DNA from: Vicugna vicugna
Lineage: Eukaryota
Length of the DNA: 64,000 bases
NCBI GenBank assembly: GCA_013265495.1
Contig: MU059180.1
Location: forward strand, 558,992 to 622,991
Direction of reading: 5' to 3'
A program made the translations under genes and the position numbers. The notes under the pieces were generated by a model that ran no database searches, was not told the origin of the DNA, and saw only the letters and a list, made by a program, of their open reading frames with translations. Positions 32,790 to 45,662 of this stretch are shown one piece after another. The stretch's first letter is position 1; each line of letters opens with the position of its first letter.

Positions 32790-32884
32790 TGACATCACTG
32801 CTCATTAGCATGTGTGACCTCATCAGGGGGTGGGACTATTTCCCCAGGTGTCGGGTGGGGAGGGCTGGAGGGGTGGTATTTAAA
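32790..32884 (+). promoter_or_regulatory. REM2 proximal promoter: CRE-like sites, octamer-like POU site, TATA variant
   Basis: TGACATCA 32790-32797; CTCATTAGCAT (ATGCTAATGAG on minus) 32801-32811; TGACCTCA 32815-32822; TATTTAAA 32877-32884. Confidence 0.5.
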
Positions 32885-32958
32885 GGGAAAAGCTGACTGT
32901 GCGGCTGAGAGGGAGCGGGTGCTGCGAGCCGCCAGGCTGCACACACACACGCACACCG

Positions 32959-35900
32959 ATGCACACAGACCTCGACACCGACATGGACACGGACACGGAC
33001 ACGGAAACCACAGCACTCTGCCCCTCTGGCAGCCACCAGGCCTCCCCTCCAGGGACGCCCACACCAGGTGAGGGCTAAGCTGGCAGGTTCTCGCTGAATC
33101 TATGGGGGTGGGAGCTGAAGCTTTGATGGGAAGGTCAGAACTAGGGGTTGAAGAAGCTTGAACCCAAACAGCAAGAGGAAAGAGCAACTCAGGAAGTAGG
33201 GAAGCCTCCTGTCCACACTAGGACTGGGGCTGGGCTGAGGTAGGGGTAGGGGGCAGCTGGGGACTGCCTAAATATCCCCTTACCCACCCGTCACCCAGGG
33301 CTTCACTGGGGAAACTGGTGCTTAGCCCCAAGGTCTGCCTCATTCCCAAGAGGCTGGGATGCGCAGGAGGGAAGGGGGGAAGAAAGGGCAGCCCACAAGC
33401 CTGGGAATCACAGGCAGGGGGCTACCCTGGGGACCTGTTGTAAGGGTTTCTCTGGCTCCTGGACGCCGTGGCTGCCAGCCAAGTATGGATCCTGGGCTAT
33501 TTCCAGCCTCTCTCCATCCCCCTGTGTTGTGTCTGTCGTTCCTCCTCCAGTTACCCTGACCCATGCATTGTCACTCTCCCTCTTGCTCCTGCTCTCTTGT
33601 TCTCTCTCTCCCTCCCTCCTTCTCTCCCTCAGCCTCACCATGAACACAGTATTCTCTCAGCCTCACCATGAACACAATATTCTCTCGGACTCACAGAAGC
33701 AGCCAGGGGTGCAGAAGGATTCCCACACACAACTGTGCACTGGGGGATGCTTACCTGCAGGGCCTTGGGAAGAGGCAGCCCCTCTCACACACCCATGGAG
33801 ACCCAACACACACATTTCAAAGAGCGAAGGCCCTTCCCAGGAACAGGCACTCCACAAAGTTTTTGACTCTATGAACCTGGGCAGCAGCTTCAGCTTCTCA
33901 TCCCCTGGGGCCCTCCCCAGTGTGGGGATCACCAGTGCAGGAACCAGGAGAGGGAAAGGCCTCTCTGTGTTAGCAAGAGCAGCCCCGGGGCCAGAGGCCT
34001 AGTCTGGGGGGTGTGCCTGTGTGTCAGTGTGGAGTGTGAGTGGGTGTGCGAGCCAGTGCACAGGTGCCTCCCCTGCATGGGGTATGTTTTGAACAGGCTG
34101 TGGCTGGAACCATACTGGAACCAGTCTTCAGCTCGGCATTTTGGACCCCCAGCAGCTCAGGCTTCTGGGGGAGTTCAGTGGAAGAGGTTAGACCAAAGAT
34201 TCTCAGCTCCTTCTGGGTCATGGTCTTGACTGGTCCTCTGAAGCTGGAGCAGCCAGGACTGAGTCCTCTGCAGATGGCTGGGCCTACCCCACTCATAGCT
34301 TCCTTCTCTTTGCCCAAACCCCCCCAAAGCAGATGCCACTCTGCTAAAGAAGCCAGAGAAACTGTTGGCAGGGCTGGACCGTGGCGGGCCACCCCCTGCC
34401 CTGGGGGCCCCCAGACGAAGAGGCAGTATGCCTGTCCCCTACAAGCATCAGCTGCGGCGGGCCCAGGCTGTAGATGAACTTGACTGGCCACCTCACGCCT
34501 CATCCTCTGGCTCCTCTGACTCCCTGGGCTCAGGGGAAGCAGCCCCTACCCAAAAGGACGGCATCTTCAAAGTCATGCTGGTGGGGGAGAGCGGCGTGGG
34601 CAAGAGCACCCTAGCAGGCACTTTCGGTGGTCTCCAGGGAGACAGTGCTCACGAGCTGGAGAATCCAGGTATTTGGGGGAGCCCTGCAAGGGTTGAGGGC
34701 ACCTCTGGAGCCCTAGTGAGGGACGGACGAGCTCAAGGCATGAGCAGCCCTTGAGGCTAGAACCTAAGAGAAGCTGTCCCAATGCTTTCTGCAGTTACCT
34801 CCCTGGAGGGGGCTCCCTGGTGCTGGGACCTCAGGCATCCCTGGTTACCACGTCTTACAGGTGTTGGGGAGCCTCCTAATGTGCTCTATTACATGTCCTT
34901 ATTTCCCAACAGAGGACACCTATGAGAGACGCATCATGGTGGATAAGGAAGAAGTGACTCTGGTTGTTTATGACATCTGGGAACAGGTGAGAACTAAGAT
35001 GTGGCTGCAAGTAGGTGATGAAACCTGGGAGAGTTGAGGAGGGGCAAAGTCTGGCTGAAGGCTGGTGGGACGGCAGGCCCTGGTTTTAACATGTAATGGG
35101 ACCTGACCTTTCACATGTATTGTCTCAGAGAGCAAAGGCCCACACAAGTGTGCATACGGTGGCACTGAGAGCCGCTGTCTGATTTCCAGGATATTCTAAC
35201 CCACAGGAAAGTTAGGATCTGAATTTGGCAAACCCTGCAGCTGCAAGCCAGGCTGAACACCCTAAAACTGACCCACTCCATACATTTTTCAGCCTGGAAG
35301 AGTCTGATTAGACAAGACAAGAGCTCAGGGCTCTGAAATGTCACAGAAGGGGGAAAAAAGTGAGGACTTGTGAATATTTGGACATAAATGATTACTATGC
35401 AGAAATGAGAGGCCAGATTACATACACTTGAATAGTATTCATTTTTTAAGAGCTTAAGCATAAGAAAGTAGGATGGGCCACCCTAGTCAAGGATCCTATG
35501 TTCCCCATTTGCCCATGAAGAGCTCGCATTACAAACTCCTCTCTTCTCCACACACTCTGGGTATGGAGATTATGCCATTAACTAGCTCTGCTGTCCTAAG
35601 CAGGTGGCTTCTCCCTCACATCCTGGTTCCTTATCCTTGAGGTGCAGGTGCTGGATAGGTTCTCCCATGCCTCCAGCCCTGACATTCCACCACTCTCTGC
35701 CCATCTGCAGGAGGATGCAGGAGGGTGGCTGCGGGACCACTGCCTTCAGACCGGGGATGCCTTTCTCATCGTCTTCTCAGTCACCGACCGACGAAGCTTC
35801 TCCAAAGTTCCAGAGACCCTGCTACGGCTCAGGGCTGGGAGGCCCCACCACGACCTGCCTGTCATCCTCGTTGGAAACAAGAGTGACCTGGCCCGCTCCC

Positions 35901-36542
35901 GGGAGGTCTCTCTGGAGGGTGGGTATCCTGAATCTCATCCCTACTTGCATTCTCAGGGGATCCTCTCCCTGCCAGATCAACTCTTCTCTATAAGGCCCTT
36001 CTACGCTCCTGACCCTAGGGCCCTGAGACTCCCTCCTCTTCACACCCCTTGACCTCGCCTCTTCTCAAGGCTCTTTCTCCTTCCCCTCCGCGCCACCACC
36101 GCCCTCCACTTGATCCCTGCCTTGTTCTCTCAGTTGGGAGAGATTCACTCGCCCCAGTCCCTTTCCACTGCCCGCCCGGGATCCCCTCAGGTTCCCCCCA
36201 TCCCACCCCGCAGCGGGCGAGCGCCTGAACAGGTCCCTTCCTGCAGAGGGCCGCCATTTGGCAGGGACACTGAGCTGCAAGCACATTGAGACGTCGGCCG
36301 CGCTGCACCACAACACGCGGGAGCTCTTCGAAGGCGCGGTGCGCCAGATCCGGCTGCGGCGCGGGCGGAACCGCGCCGGGGGCCCTCGGCCGGAGTGGGG
36401 CAGCCCCGAGGGACCACCGCCGCCCGCGCGCCGCGAGAGCCTCACCAAGAAGGCCAAGCGCTTCCTTGCCAACCTGGTGCCGCGTAACGCCAAGTTCTTC
36501 AAGCAGCGCTCCAGGTCGTGTCACGACCTCTCTGTGCTCTGA
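32959..36542 (+). CDS. REM2: GTP-binding protein REM2 (RGK family), 5 exons, 340-341 aa
   Basis: Exons 32959-33067, 34330 (or 34333)-34668, 34913-34986, 35711-35918, 36247-36542. RRGSMP 14-3-3 site, GESGVGKS P-loop, DIWEQ (RGK G3), NKSD, ETSAA, polybasic C-terminus with RSRSCHDLSVL. Confidence 0.97.
33630..33685 (+). repeat. 28-bp tandem duplication in REM2 intron 1
   Basis: CAGCCTCACCATGAACACA(G/A)TATTCTCT x2 with one mismatch. Confidence 0.9.
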
Positions 36543-36850
36543 GCCGCGGTCGCCATGGTCACCGCGGTCGCCATGCTAACCGCACCCTCCGCTCGCCCCC
36601 TCGCCCCGCCCCTCCCCGGTCCGACCGGCTTCCCTTGCGAAGACCGTCTAGGAGGAAACCAAAAACTCTCGGGACGCCCTGGAGTGACCGCGGGAGGCGC
36701 CCCCCCCCGCCCCCAGGCCCCTGCGGGCGTCGCCCCCACCCGTTCCGCGCGCTCTCCGGTTACCTCCCATCCCCAGGGCTCCTGGAAGGCGAGGACGCCG
36801 ACCTGCGGGGGTGCGCCGTGGCCGGTGGGAGGGGAGAAAGGTAGTTCTGC
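36150..36850. other. CpG island over REM2 last exon and 3' UTR
   Basis: Dense CpG; boundaries approximate. Confidence 0.8.
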
Positions 36851-37297
36851 AAGATGTTCTGTTTTTTATTAATTCGCGCTTGACTATCTCCCCTGTAAAG
36901 AGATCCTAAAAAGCAAGAACTGGAAAAGTGCTTTGTAGACTCCTTTACAGTTTTCCACCTTTGTACTCTGCGCGAATATGCCTCAACTTTAAGAGATTCT
37001 TAAAGGTAAAGACACGGAGCTGCTTCTTTTGAGACTTTCCTTAAGCGTTCTGGCTCTTAAGCTGCACTTGTCCACTTTGCCTTTAAGAAGTTCTTAAAGG
37101 CAAGGGCCTGGAAGCGCAGTTCTCCAGAATTAATTCTGTGGTTTACCGACTCACCACCGCACTTCCCCTTTAAGGTTATTAAAGGTAAGATGTGCAGACT
37201 TTTGCCTTCAGCTGCCAGCGTGGAGAGCTGAGCGGTGGCAGCTCCCATTTGGCCGGGGCCCAGGAGGCACCAGCCAGGGGACCACCTTTTCCTTTTC

Positions 37298-37303
37298 AAT
37301 AAA
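37298..37303 (+). terminator. REM2 polyadenylation signal
   Basis: AATAAA ~750 nt after the stop, with U-rich downstream sequence. Confidence 0.75.
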
Positions 37304-38539
37304 GAATTTTTCTACTTCACTTGCTTACTCTGACTCTGTTCTCAAAGCCCCCATGGAAGGGATGAATGTAGATGGAAACTGTTACAGACAAGAAAACTCA
37401 GGCTCAGAAGACTAAGGAACCTAGATCTCTAGAGAGGCTCCAGAACTGACTTAGTCCTGGAGTAGTCTAGGACGGGGCAAAAGGCCCTAAAGATACCACG
37501 GGTTCAGTTGCCCTCCGCCAGCGGAAAAAACAGGCCTGGAGAGGAACAGGGACCTCCTAGAAGTAATTTAGTAACTCAGTGACACAGTGGATCAAGTCCC
37601 CATCTCCTTACCCCACTCTTATTTTGCAAGGAGCAGCCTGGAGGCTACATTTTGTGTCCAGAGCTACACTGAGCTGTGGCCTGGGCTGGTTCAAGGTGGG
37701 GCCCACAACCACAAGGGAGGCCCATCAGCTGGGGTGTGATGGGGTTGGCCTGCACCACCCCTGGCAGGGCCCCACCACCCCAGCTGTCACCTGCAAGGCC
37801 CGTGTGAGAACTGAAGCTGTCAGTGCCTCCCCTGAGGACACCCACGCTTGCTGCTGCCTGAGCCACGAGTTTGAACAAAAGGAGCAGAGGCAGCAGCTCC
37901 CCTCACCCCTAGACACACAATAAAGCTACCAGAGCACCTGAGGACCAGGCCCCCACTCCACCCAACCCAGAACTCAACTCGATGGAGAGATGAGATGTCT
38001 GCTGAGTCCTTACTGCTGGAGAGGAGCCAACAAGGACTAGTGGGCAGGGGTGGTGAGATGATAATATGAATAATGATACTATCCTTAGGACTTTATTCAC
38101 TTAAGCTATTAATTCTTTAATGACTATATAAGGTGTTATTGCCTTTTTTTTACTGTGGAAGCAGCAGGAGGTTTAAATAGCTTGCTAGAGGTCAATAAGC
38201 AATAGAGGTAGGCATCCACTCATGTCTGCTTACTTAATGGGGGTTTTATCCAGCTTTGCAGCTGAGGTTCCTCTTCCAGTAAGGATGGGAAGAAGAGGGA
38301 GAGGGACTATAGAAGAAATGCAGGGGACACTATGGGCAGAGCCATGGACAGTGGCTGTGGTAAAAGGGCCAGAGAAATGACATGCCTATAGTGGAGTAAG
38401 CCAGCTCTAAACTCTGGGGACCAGGAACACAGGCAGTTCAAGTTAGAAAATGCAGGAAAACACACTGGACCCATTAAGAGACCAGATGGTTCTACAGTTG
38501 GGTTGAAACCTCAGGGACATGAGGAGGAGGGGTAAGAGA

Positions 38540-39060
38540 CAACACTGAAAAAAGGGCTGGAGCCCTATTGCAAAGGACCTTAAATGCCAGGCAAAGGAGT
38601 TTGTGCCCAACTCTGTAGGCAGTGAGAATCAGTGACGGTCTCTGAGTGTGTGACATGACGAGGCTGGTCCTTTGGGAAGAGAAGGCTGGGAGAGGTATGC
38701 ATGGACTGGAGCAGCAGACGCAAGGCCTGAGGAGCTGCACTTAGGGTGCAATCACAGTAATACATACGGAGGGTAATGAAGGACCACCCGAGGGAGATGG
38801 CAGCAGGAAAGGAGAGGTGGCACAGATTTTAGAGTCAGAATTTATGAGACTTGGCAACTGAGTAGCTGGGTATAAAGAGAGGGAGGAGTTGCAGGTGGTA
38901 AGAGGATGGTGAGGAACTGGGAATAGGGGGCAGAGGAGGTAGCCGGTGAGTGGCTCTATCCTGGAGAACCTCGAGTTTGAGATGCTTAGAAAAACATCCA
39001 TATGGAGAGTTTCAGCAGCTCCCTGGATAACTGAGTCTGAAATTCCGAACAAGTTAGGAC
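38540..39060 (-). mobile_element. L2 LINE fragment
   Basis: GGACCTTAAATGCCAGGCAAAGGAGTTTG...TTTGAGATGCTT...CATCCATATGGAGA pattern typical of L2. Confidence 0.65.
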
Positions 39061-39127
39061 AAGAGACACAAATATGAGAATAGTCGCCAGAAGAATGGTA
39101 GTAGAAAACCAGAGAAAAGAATGAGAT

Positions 39128-39232
39128 GCAGGGCAGTCACACAAGTCCCTCTGCTTAGATTAATGCTCTGCTCTCCCTTTAACAAGGAGCTCTGCAATTT
39201 CATTTTGCCCAGGGACCCACAAATTACACTAA
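39128..39232 (+). mobile_element. MER91-like hAT-Tip100 DNA transposon remnant
   Basis: TTAATGCTCTGCT...AATTTCATTTTGCCCAGGGACCCACAAATTA resembles the MER91A consensus as recalled. Confidence 0.6.
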
Positions 39233-39289
39233 GGGAGATACTAAGGGGGAGGGTGTAATATATAGGCTGGATCCTTAGCCTCAAACCAC

Positions 39290-39430
39290 ACATGGGCTAT
39301 AGGGGTCTGTGATTTCTGTGAAATGGTACAATCTGGTGTGTTTGTGCAGTCACGCATTTGTCTGAGAATAGGTTCACAAATCCCATCAGACTTCCAAAGG
39401 GGTCTGTAACCCAACAGATCACGAATCAGG
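39290..39430. mobile_element. hAT-Charlie-type MER remnant
   Basis: GGGGTCTGTG...CATCAGACTTCCAAAGGGGTCTGTAACCC pattern; subfamily uncertain. Confidence 0.45.
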
Positions 39431-40559
39431 ATGGTACTGATTGCTGCTGAGAAGGGGAATCGGGTGCGTGGAGGACAGGTATGGGAGGTTTACTTTTCAT
39501 TGTATGCCCTTCTCCTACCTTTTGAGTTGTTAACTATGGTATACCCTACCTGTTCAAAAAGTAAATAATTTAAAACAAATCAAAGTTTGGTGTTCCAGAG
39601 AAAGAAGAGGGACTAAAGAGAGAGTCCCGGGGATAGGCAGGTGAGAAGGCGGAGATGCAGCCGCCAAAGAGGTAATGAAAGAACTAGGATTGAGCTTACC
39701 GTGGCTACTGCCCAGGGAGGAGGGCTTTCTAGTGGAAGGGTATCACCAATGGTCAAACGTGCCAAGAGGGAAGGATGAGGAACAAGAAGGCAGTGCCTTT
39801 CACGTGGCAGAAGTCTGAAGATGATGACAGCAGGACCTCCCTCACGAGGGGAGCCACACACGCCACAAGCTTCCCTCCCCTCAACTCAGCCAATTCCATC
39901 AGCCCGACCCATCTGTGTGTTCCCTCCAGCCGCCTACAGGAAAGAGCTCAGAACAGACGGAAGCTGAAGCCCTTCTCCCGTCAGACTTGGGAGAGATGGG
40001 GTCTTCTCCAAGAGACTGGCCATTCTTTTCCCACCCTCTGATCAAGGCAAGGTAGGGCCGGCTACTGATCTGGGCTAGTGTGAGAGATCAGTAAAGGGAC
40101 TGGGGCCTGAGCTGCCTGTGCCAGGTAAGGTCCTCTCTGCCCTCGTGCTCCTCTTAACCTCTGCAATTTGGTCTTGGGGTCTATGCTCCCTTATCAGCCC
40201 AGCCCCTGCCCAACCCCTACTAACCCACAAGGCCCTCTCATTGGCCAAGAGCATAGACCGGGTGTTCTCTCCCTTGAGATCCCAAAGGTGAGGCCAGTCC
40301 TGTCTTAGAAGGTATCCCTCTGCTGTGGGCCTCTGCTCACAATTGGCCCTTTCTGCCCTGCTAGAAAAGCTGGAGCAGGGGCTGTCCTCTTCTGAAAGGC
40401 TGTGAGAATTATGAAAGGACACTCCACAAGTCTTCTGGGTTAAACCGTCACTCCCAGCAAGCCCACTCATACATACCTCTTTTTATTAATCTAACATAGT
40501 TCCAATCCACATAAGTCTAAGTGAATTCTTCCTGGATATTTTAACCTTTCTTCCACAAG

Positions 40560-40900
40560 GGCCTGTTCCACTCAAGTACTGCCGTATGCCAGTCACTGTG
40601 CTGGGCTTATGCAGGAAACAAATACAGGTAAGATACTACTCCTGCCCTCAAGTAGCTTATAACTGAGCTGGAGAGACAGGACAAGGCACTATATGGCCAA
40701 AACAGAGGCAAACTATACCACATTCTAACTCTGACTGCAAGCTACATCATGCACTCTATGTCTGAATGGAAGAAACAAAATTTGGAAGACGTATTTTTAG
40801 GAACTGGGCCTTGGAGGTTTTAGGTGGGCTGTAGATAGATGGGGGGAAGAAGGGGAAAAACGCCTTGTACTGAAACTACATGAGCAACCGCACAGGAGAA
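40560..40900 (-). mobile_element. L2 LINE fragment
   Basis: TGCCAGTCACTGTGCTGGGC...CCTGCCCTCAAGTAGCTTATA...GGAGAGACAG. Confidence 0.6.
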
Positions 40901-41189
40901 ATGGCAGGCAGCCTGCCACATGATGAGGTGAAGACTCCCTGTATGGCAGGCAGCAGAATTTGGGGGGATTGTTCAGCCAAGTTGTCAAGGGCCCAAAAAC
41001 CAGAGCAGAGCATCCCGCTTCTTAGACCTTTACCACGTAGGCGGCTGTCTGATGGATATACTCAAGGGATTTGAATCTTGCTGTTGTGCCTCCATAGCTT
41101 GGTGGCCTGGTAAACACAAGATGAACACAAATTCAGTGGGGTCCTGCAAACGTTTTAGCTAACACTCAGGCCCACTATTTACTGGATGG

Positions 41190-41330
41190 AAGTCTATGGA
41201 GGAAGTCACTCTTAACCTCTCGTCTTTCTGAACCTCAGCCCTTCCAGTTATAAAATGAGGATACTAGTACCTACCTTGTTGTGAGGACTAGATAAAACTG
41301 CAAATATCTTTGTAATTATACAAATAAGCA
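41190..41330 (+). mobile_element. MIR fragment
   Basis: AAGTCACTCTTAACCTCT...CCTCAG...TAAAATGAGGATA...GTGAGGA. Confidence 0.65.
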
Positions 41331-42139
41331 GTGGAAGTAATGGTTTTTTTTTTGCAACCTGTGTCTGGTCCCTCATTCAGACAACCAGGCAGCTTGCTAA
41401 CCTCTCAAAACACAGTACCACTCTAAAGGTACAAATTTAAGTTGTGGTCCGCGAGGTCCAACACATCTCCCACAGGACTCGCAAGTAACCCATTACGGGA
41501 TTTGTTGTTTGGGGAGGATTAGGGGGAAGATTGGCAACTGAAGCCTAAGGATAGTATTATACTACAGTTTCCCATTTTTTTTGGTTCAAATTATAACTTT
41601 AGGGAGAGGACCTGTGCACATTTAAAATGCTTATTCTGAAAGGAAATTGCCAGATTAGGTAGGATGGGACTCTGGAGACCAACAAAGGCAGGTGCTACAG
41701 GAGATTGTGTGGGAGGTTGGGAAGGGTGCTTGCAACGGACGAGCACTGTAACGGAGAATGCTCTGGGCTCTTCCTCAGGCAGACCAAGCAAAGAGCACTA
41801 GGTATCCTGAAAGTACCTGAGGGGCTCACCTTGATTTTCTAAAGCCATCTGGTCGTAATCTGATTATACAGAGTTTCAAGCATAAAGAGAGATTGGGCCA
41901 GTGGGGTTTGTTTTCCTGAGACTTAGGCTGATTGTGTGTGTGACCCAGGACCTTGCGAGCCTACGACTTTAGCCCAGGAATAATTAAGGTTTATTTTCAC
42001 CATTGCCTTACCCTCACTTCTGCCCCTGTAAACCTCGAACATTCTCTGAAGCAGGGGAGGACAATGAGGTCAGGCAGAAAGTGTGTATGCATCCTGAGGA
42101 ATGGGAGTGATGATGGCGGTAGTAATGACAAGCAAACAA

Positions 42140-42300
42140 GTTCTAAGCCCTCTACACGTGCCATTTCATTTAATCTTTACAACATCCCTGAGGCAGATAT
42201 TCTGCTATTGCTTCCTTTCTATAGGTGAGAGTTAGAGAAGCAAAGCATCACCCAAGCTTACTCAGCTTGTCTGTAGCCGAAGAGATCCGAACTAGGTGCT
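42140..42300 (-). mobile_element. MIR fragment
   Basis: CATTTCATTTAATCTTTACAACATCCCTGAGGCAG...TATAGGTGAG. Confidence 0.65.
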
Positions 42301-43324
42301 GTCGCTCCACAGCAGGCCCTTTCTGTTCTAGGGTGAGGTCTCCAGGCTTGGTCGGGCCCAGGAGATGGGAGAAGGAGGCTAATTCTCAGCACCACTCATT
42401 CTGAACAAGTGGGCTTCAGGACGCTTGAAAGCTGACTGAAGCTCCCACCCTCTCTGGAACATTGGCAAGAGCTTGACGCATCTCTGACTTCCAAGGTCAG
42501 TGTTTCCCCCTTTCTGAAATCCAGCCCTGACTGGCTCCTTTCCAACCTTCAGGCACCTCATCCACCCACTGCCCTCAAAAACAACTGCTTAATGGCTCTC
42601 TAGTAACTCCAGCCAACTCCTTAAGGGCTCTTGAAAACAGATCATCTGGGAGAGCTAACAGAACTCATCCAACTTTTAAAAGTGATCTTTGATCAGCTCT
42701 TTCCTTGCCTCCATCTTCCCACACAAGATGATTGGTTTGCTTCACCTCACACACAGAACTCTCTCAACAAAGAACACACTTTGAGAGCAATCAGTTCTGT
42801 ATATAGAGTGCAAAAGTTGGGAGGGGAGGAATGTTTGCAGCCAGAAGATTCAGACACACAGCTTCTCAGACCAGAATTCCTTTCTTGCATCCAGCTCATG
42901 ACTATTGACTTCACCTGGCTGCCATGGAAACATCAGTCTCTGGTGGATGGCAAGCGCACTTTATAGACAGAAAGCATCACAGGCTACCATGGTAACACCA
43001 AAAAGAGTAGAGCTGCCTCCCCTCCTGGAGGGGTGAGGAAGAAATGGATAAGGCTGCCAGGGAAAGCAGGCTAGAAGGGTTGGTTTTTGGAAAGCTGACT
43101 TGAACAGAGAGGGAATTAATTCAGCTCATCCGATACAAAATATGTGAAAAGCAAAGCAATAATGAAAAAGACACATCTATGGCTGGCTTCATCAGGCTAT
43201 AACCATCTAGTAACGAGTTCACAAAGAACTGTAAATAAAATCAGAATAAGACCTATGATAGGACAAAGAATACTGAAAGGGAAAGTCAACCCCAACCAGG
43301 AAGCATCAGAGTCTTTAAGAAAGG

Positions 43325-43560
43325 TTAAAATCACGATCAAGGGATCTGAATCTAGACTGCCTGGATTGGAATTCCAAACCTGCTTACTGTGTAATCGGGG
43401 AACAAGTCTTTTAACCTCTTTGGGTAGCAGTTTCCTTATTTACAAAGTAAAGATAATAAAAGAATATACTTCAGAGGGTCGTTGTGAGGATTAAACGATT
43501 CAATACGTATAAAATGATCAGAACAATGCCTAACCCACTCAAATCCCGCAAACATGTAAA
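43325..43560 (+). mobile_element. MIR SINE
   Basis: GACTGCCTGGATTGGAATTCC...AGTTTCCTTATTTACAAAG...GTTGTGAGGATTAAA. Confidence 0.8.
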
Positions 43561-45662
43561 TTCTCATTATTTGTTAACCACCCCCTACAACCTCACCTTT
43601 CGAAACCAGGCCAGCCTCTTGTCACTGTCCAAGTAATACTTCCTGATTCTCACCAGACTCTTAAGAGAAAAGAGGGGCTGTGATAGAGTATCTCCCTTCA
43701 AGTTTTTAGCACATTTCCCTTCCTCATATGCCCCAAGACTAAAAGTTCATAGGTCAAACCGCTGCCTCCACCGGTAGCTCCTATCTGGGGGTTGTTGGAA
43801 CCTAAGAAGGAAGTCAGCAGAATCCCAATGTCAAGAACACAGTTCAAGGAACAGGGAGGAAATGCCACTGCCTTAGAGAAGACAGAAAAGGAGACTGCAA
43901 GCCAAAAGTCAGGTGGAAATCCCATTTAGAAGTGAGGACTGGTGGGGAAAGTCTAACCATACTGGGAAGGGATCTGGGTAAGTCTCACCTCTACTCCCAC
44001 CTTAGCCCCCAGGTTCTGGTAGGAGGTTGAGGGACATTTCTTTACATTAGGCTGGGCCCAGAGGCTGTTTACTGCCCCCTTCTAGAACTGCACTCTAACC
44101 ACCCCCTCTAGAGGGGTGAGTAACAAGAAGGCACTGAGTCACACGCAGTGACACTGGCTGCCACCCATTAGATGCTGTCACCTTATATGGGTTAAGACTA
44201 GAGCAGAAGTTGCCTTAGGTGTTTCCTTACTTCCATCCTTGTCTCTCTCCCAGCAAAAGGCTATATGAGGAAGTAACAGGGAAGAAGGAAGAATCGAGGT
44301 GGAACAACCCAAAGTGCAGGAAGGCCAAAGCAGCCGGGGGGCGGGGGGGAATGTGAGGAAACCAGCAGTTATGGGGCCCATGTGAGGCGGGCAGGGGGGC
44401 AGGGCCTGTGGGCATTTCTAGTTTGGAGTTCAAGAGTGCTGTGAGGAAGCCTGGTCCACAGCCTCAAGATGACGAATAAAAATGGTCTGACTGAGCTCAG
44501 GATGCATTAGCAGCCAAATCAATAACTATAGGGGGACTGGGCCATAGCCAGCTGCTTCCACCTAAAAATAATGCCTCCTTCCCTTCCCTCAGGTCCAGAG
44601 AGCAAACCAGGATAGAGAAGGGGCAGGGGTGACAGCGGAGGAAATGACAGCAGCAGCAGCAGTTGACACTGCAGCAGCCTAGAAGGCACAAGAGTTGCTC
44701 ATTTTATAAATTTTACAATTTCTATAATTATAAATTGTGATCAGTATTATGGAGGACACAAGCGGTGTGACCCAACACAAAAGAGAGGGTCAGGGAAGAC
44801 CTCTGAGGGAGTCTCAGTGGCCTATCATGCCACAAGCAGGTTTCAGGTACTCAGCACTTCAGTGTGAAAAGCCACCTCAGGAACTAACATCACTAAAAAA
44901 CCATCACTCTGCTTAGAAACTTAGGCTGACAAATTAAAACCTAACAGCAATTATCCATATTTTTAGCATAACAATAGTCTTAACATTCTGTTGCCATAGA
45001 GACCAGTAAAGAACAGAGGAGGCCTACAGAGGCCTGTCCCTGCACCTCAGACCTCTTCTTGGTTGGACCCTAGTTGGTGAGCCAGGCTCTGGGCTCGCCC
45101 CTTGTTCTAAGCCTCACAAAGCAGGTGGAGAAAGGTGTGCCCCACCTTTGGCAGGGCCATGCCTGGAATACAGTGATCAGTCCTAGGCCTATGTTGTCCC
45201 AGGCAGAGTGAGCCTTCTGGAAAGCAAGATATGAAAGGACTGAAAGGAGGAACAATAGCAGACATGAGGCCTGGGAGCCCTGTGTAAAATGCCCAACCCC
45301 CTTTGGATATTGGATTGGGATTTCTCCTACAAAGAAAGCCAAAGGCAGGGACAGAGATCAACAATGGTGAGCTTAGGAGGCTTCTCTGGTACTTAAGTGC
45401 CTCAAGACCATGAAACACCCCTGGAGAAAGGTGCAGAGTGTGCTACTGTCACACTGCCATCTGGTGGAAAGACAAGATCTGTCCCCAGCCACAGAGATAG
45501 AACCCAGACATCTGTCCAATGGGCAGGTAGGTCTGGAGATAGTCGAAACCATGGGAGAATAGCAGATACAGATAAGGTGAGTGTGTTTTATCTGTTTTTC
45601 TTTCTAAAGGTGGTTAGATAAAATAAAATAAAGGAAAGAAAACTCAGTGGCATTACAAATGT

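Noticed and set aside
33529-34002. 157-aa ORF in REM2 intron 1
   Set aside because: Partly CT-repeat derived, with no domain and no evidence of an exon boundary.
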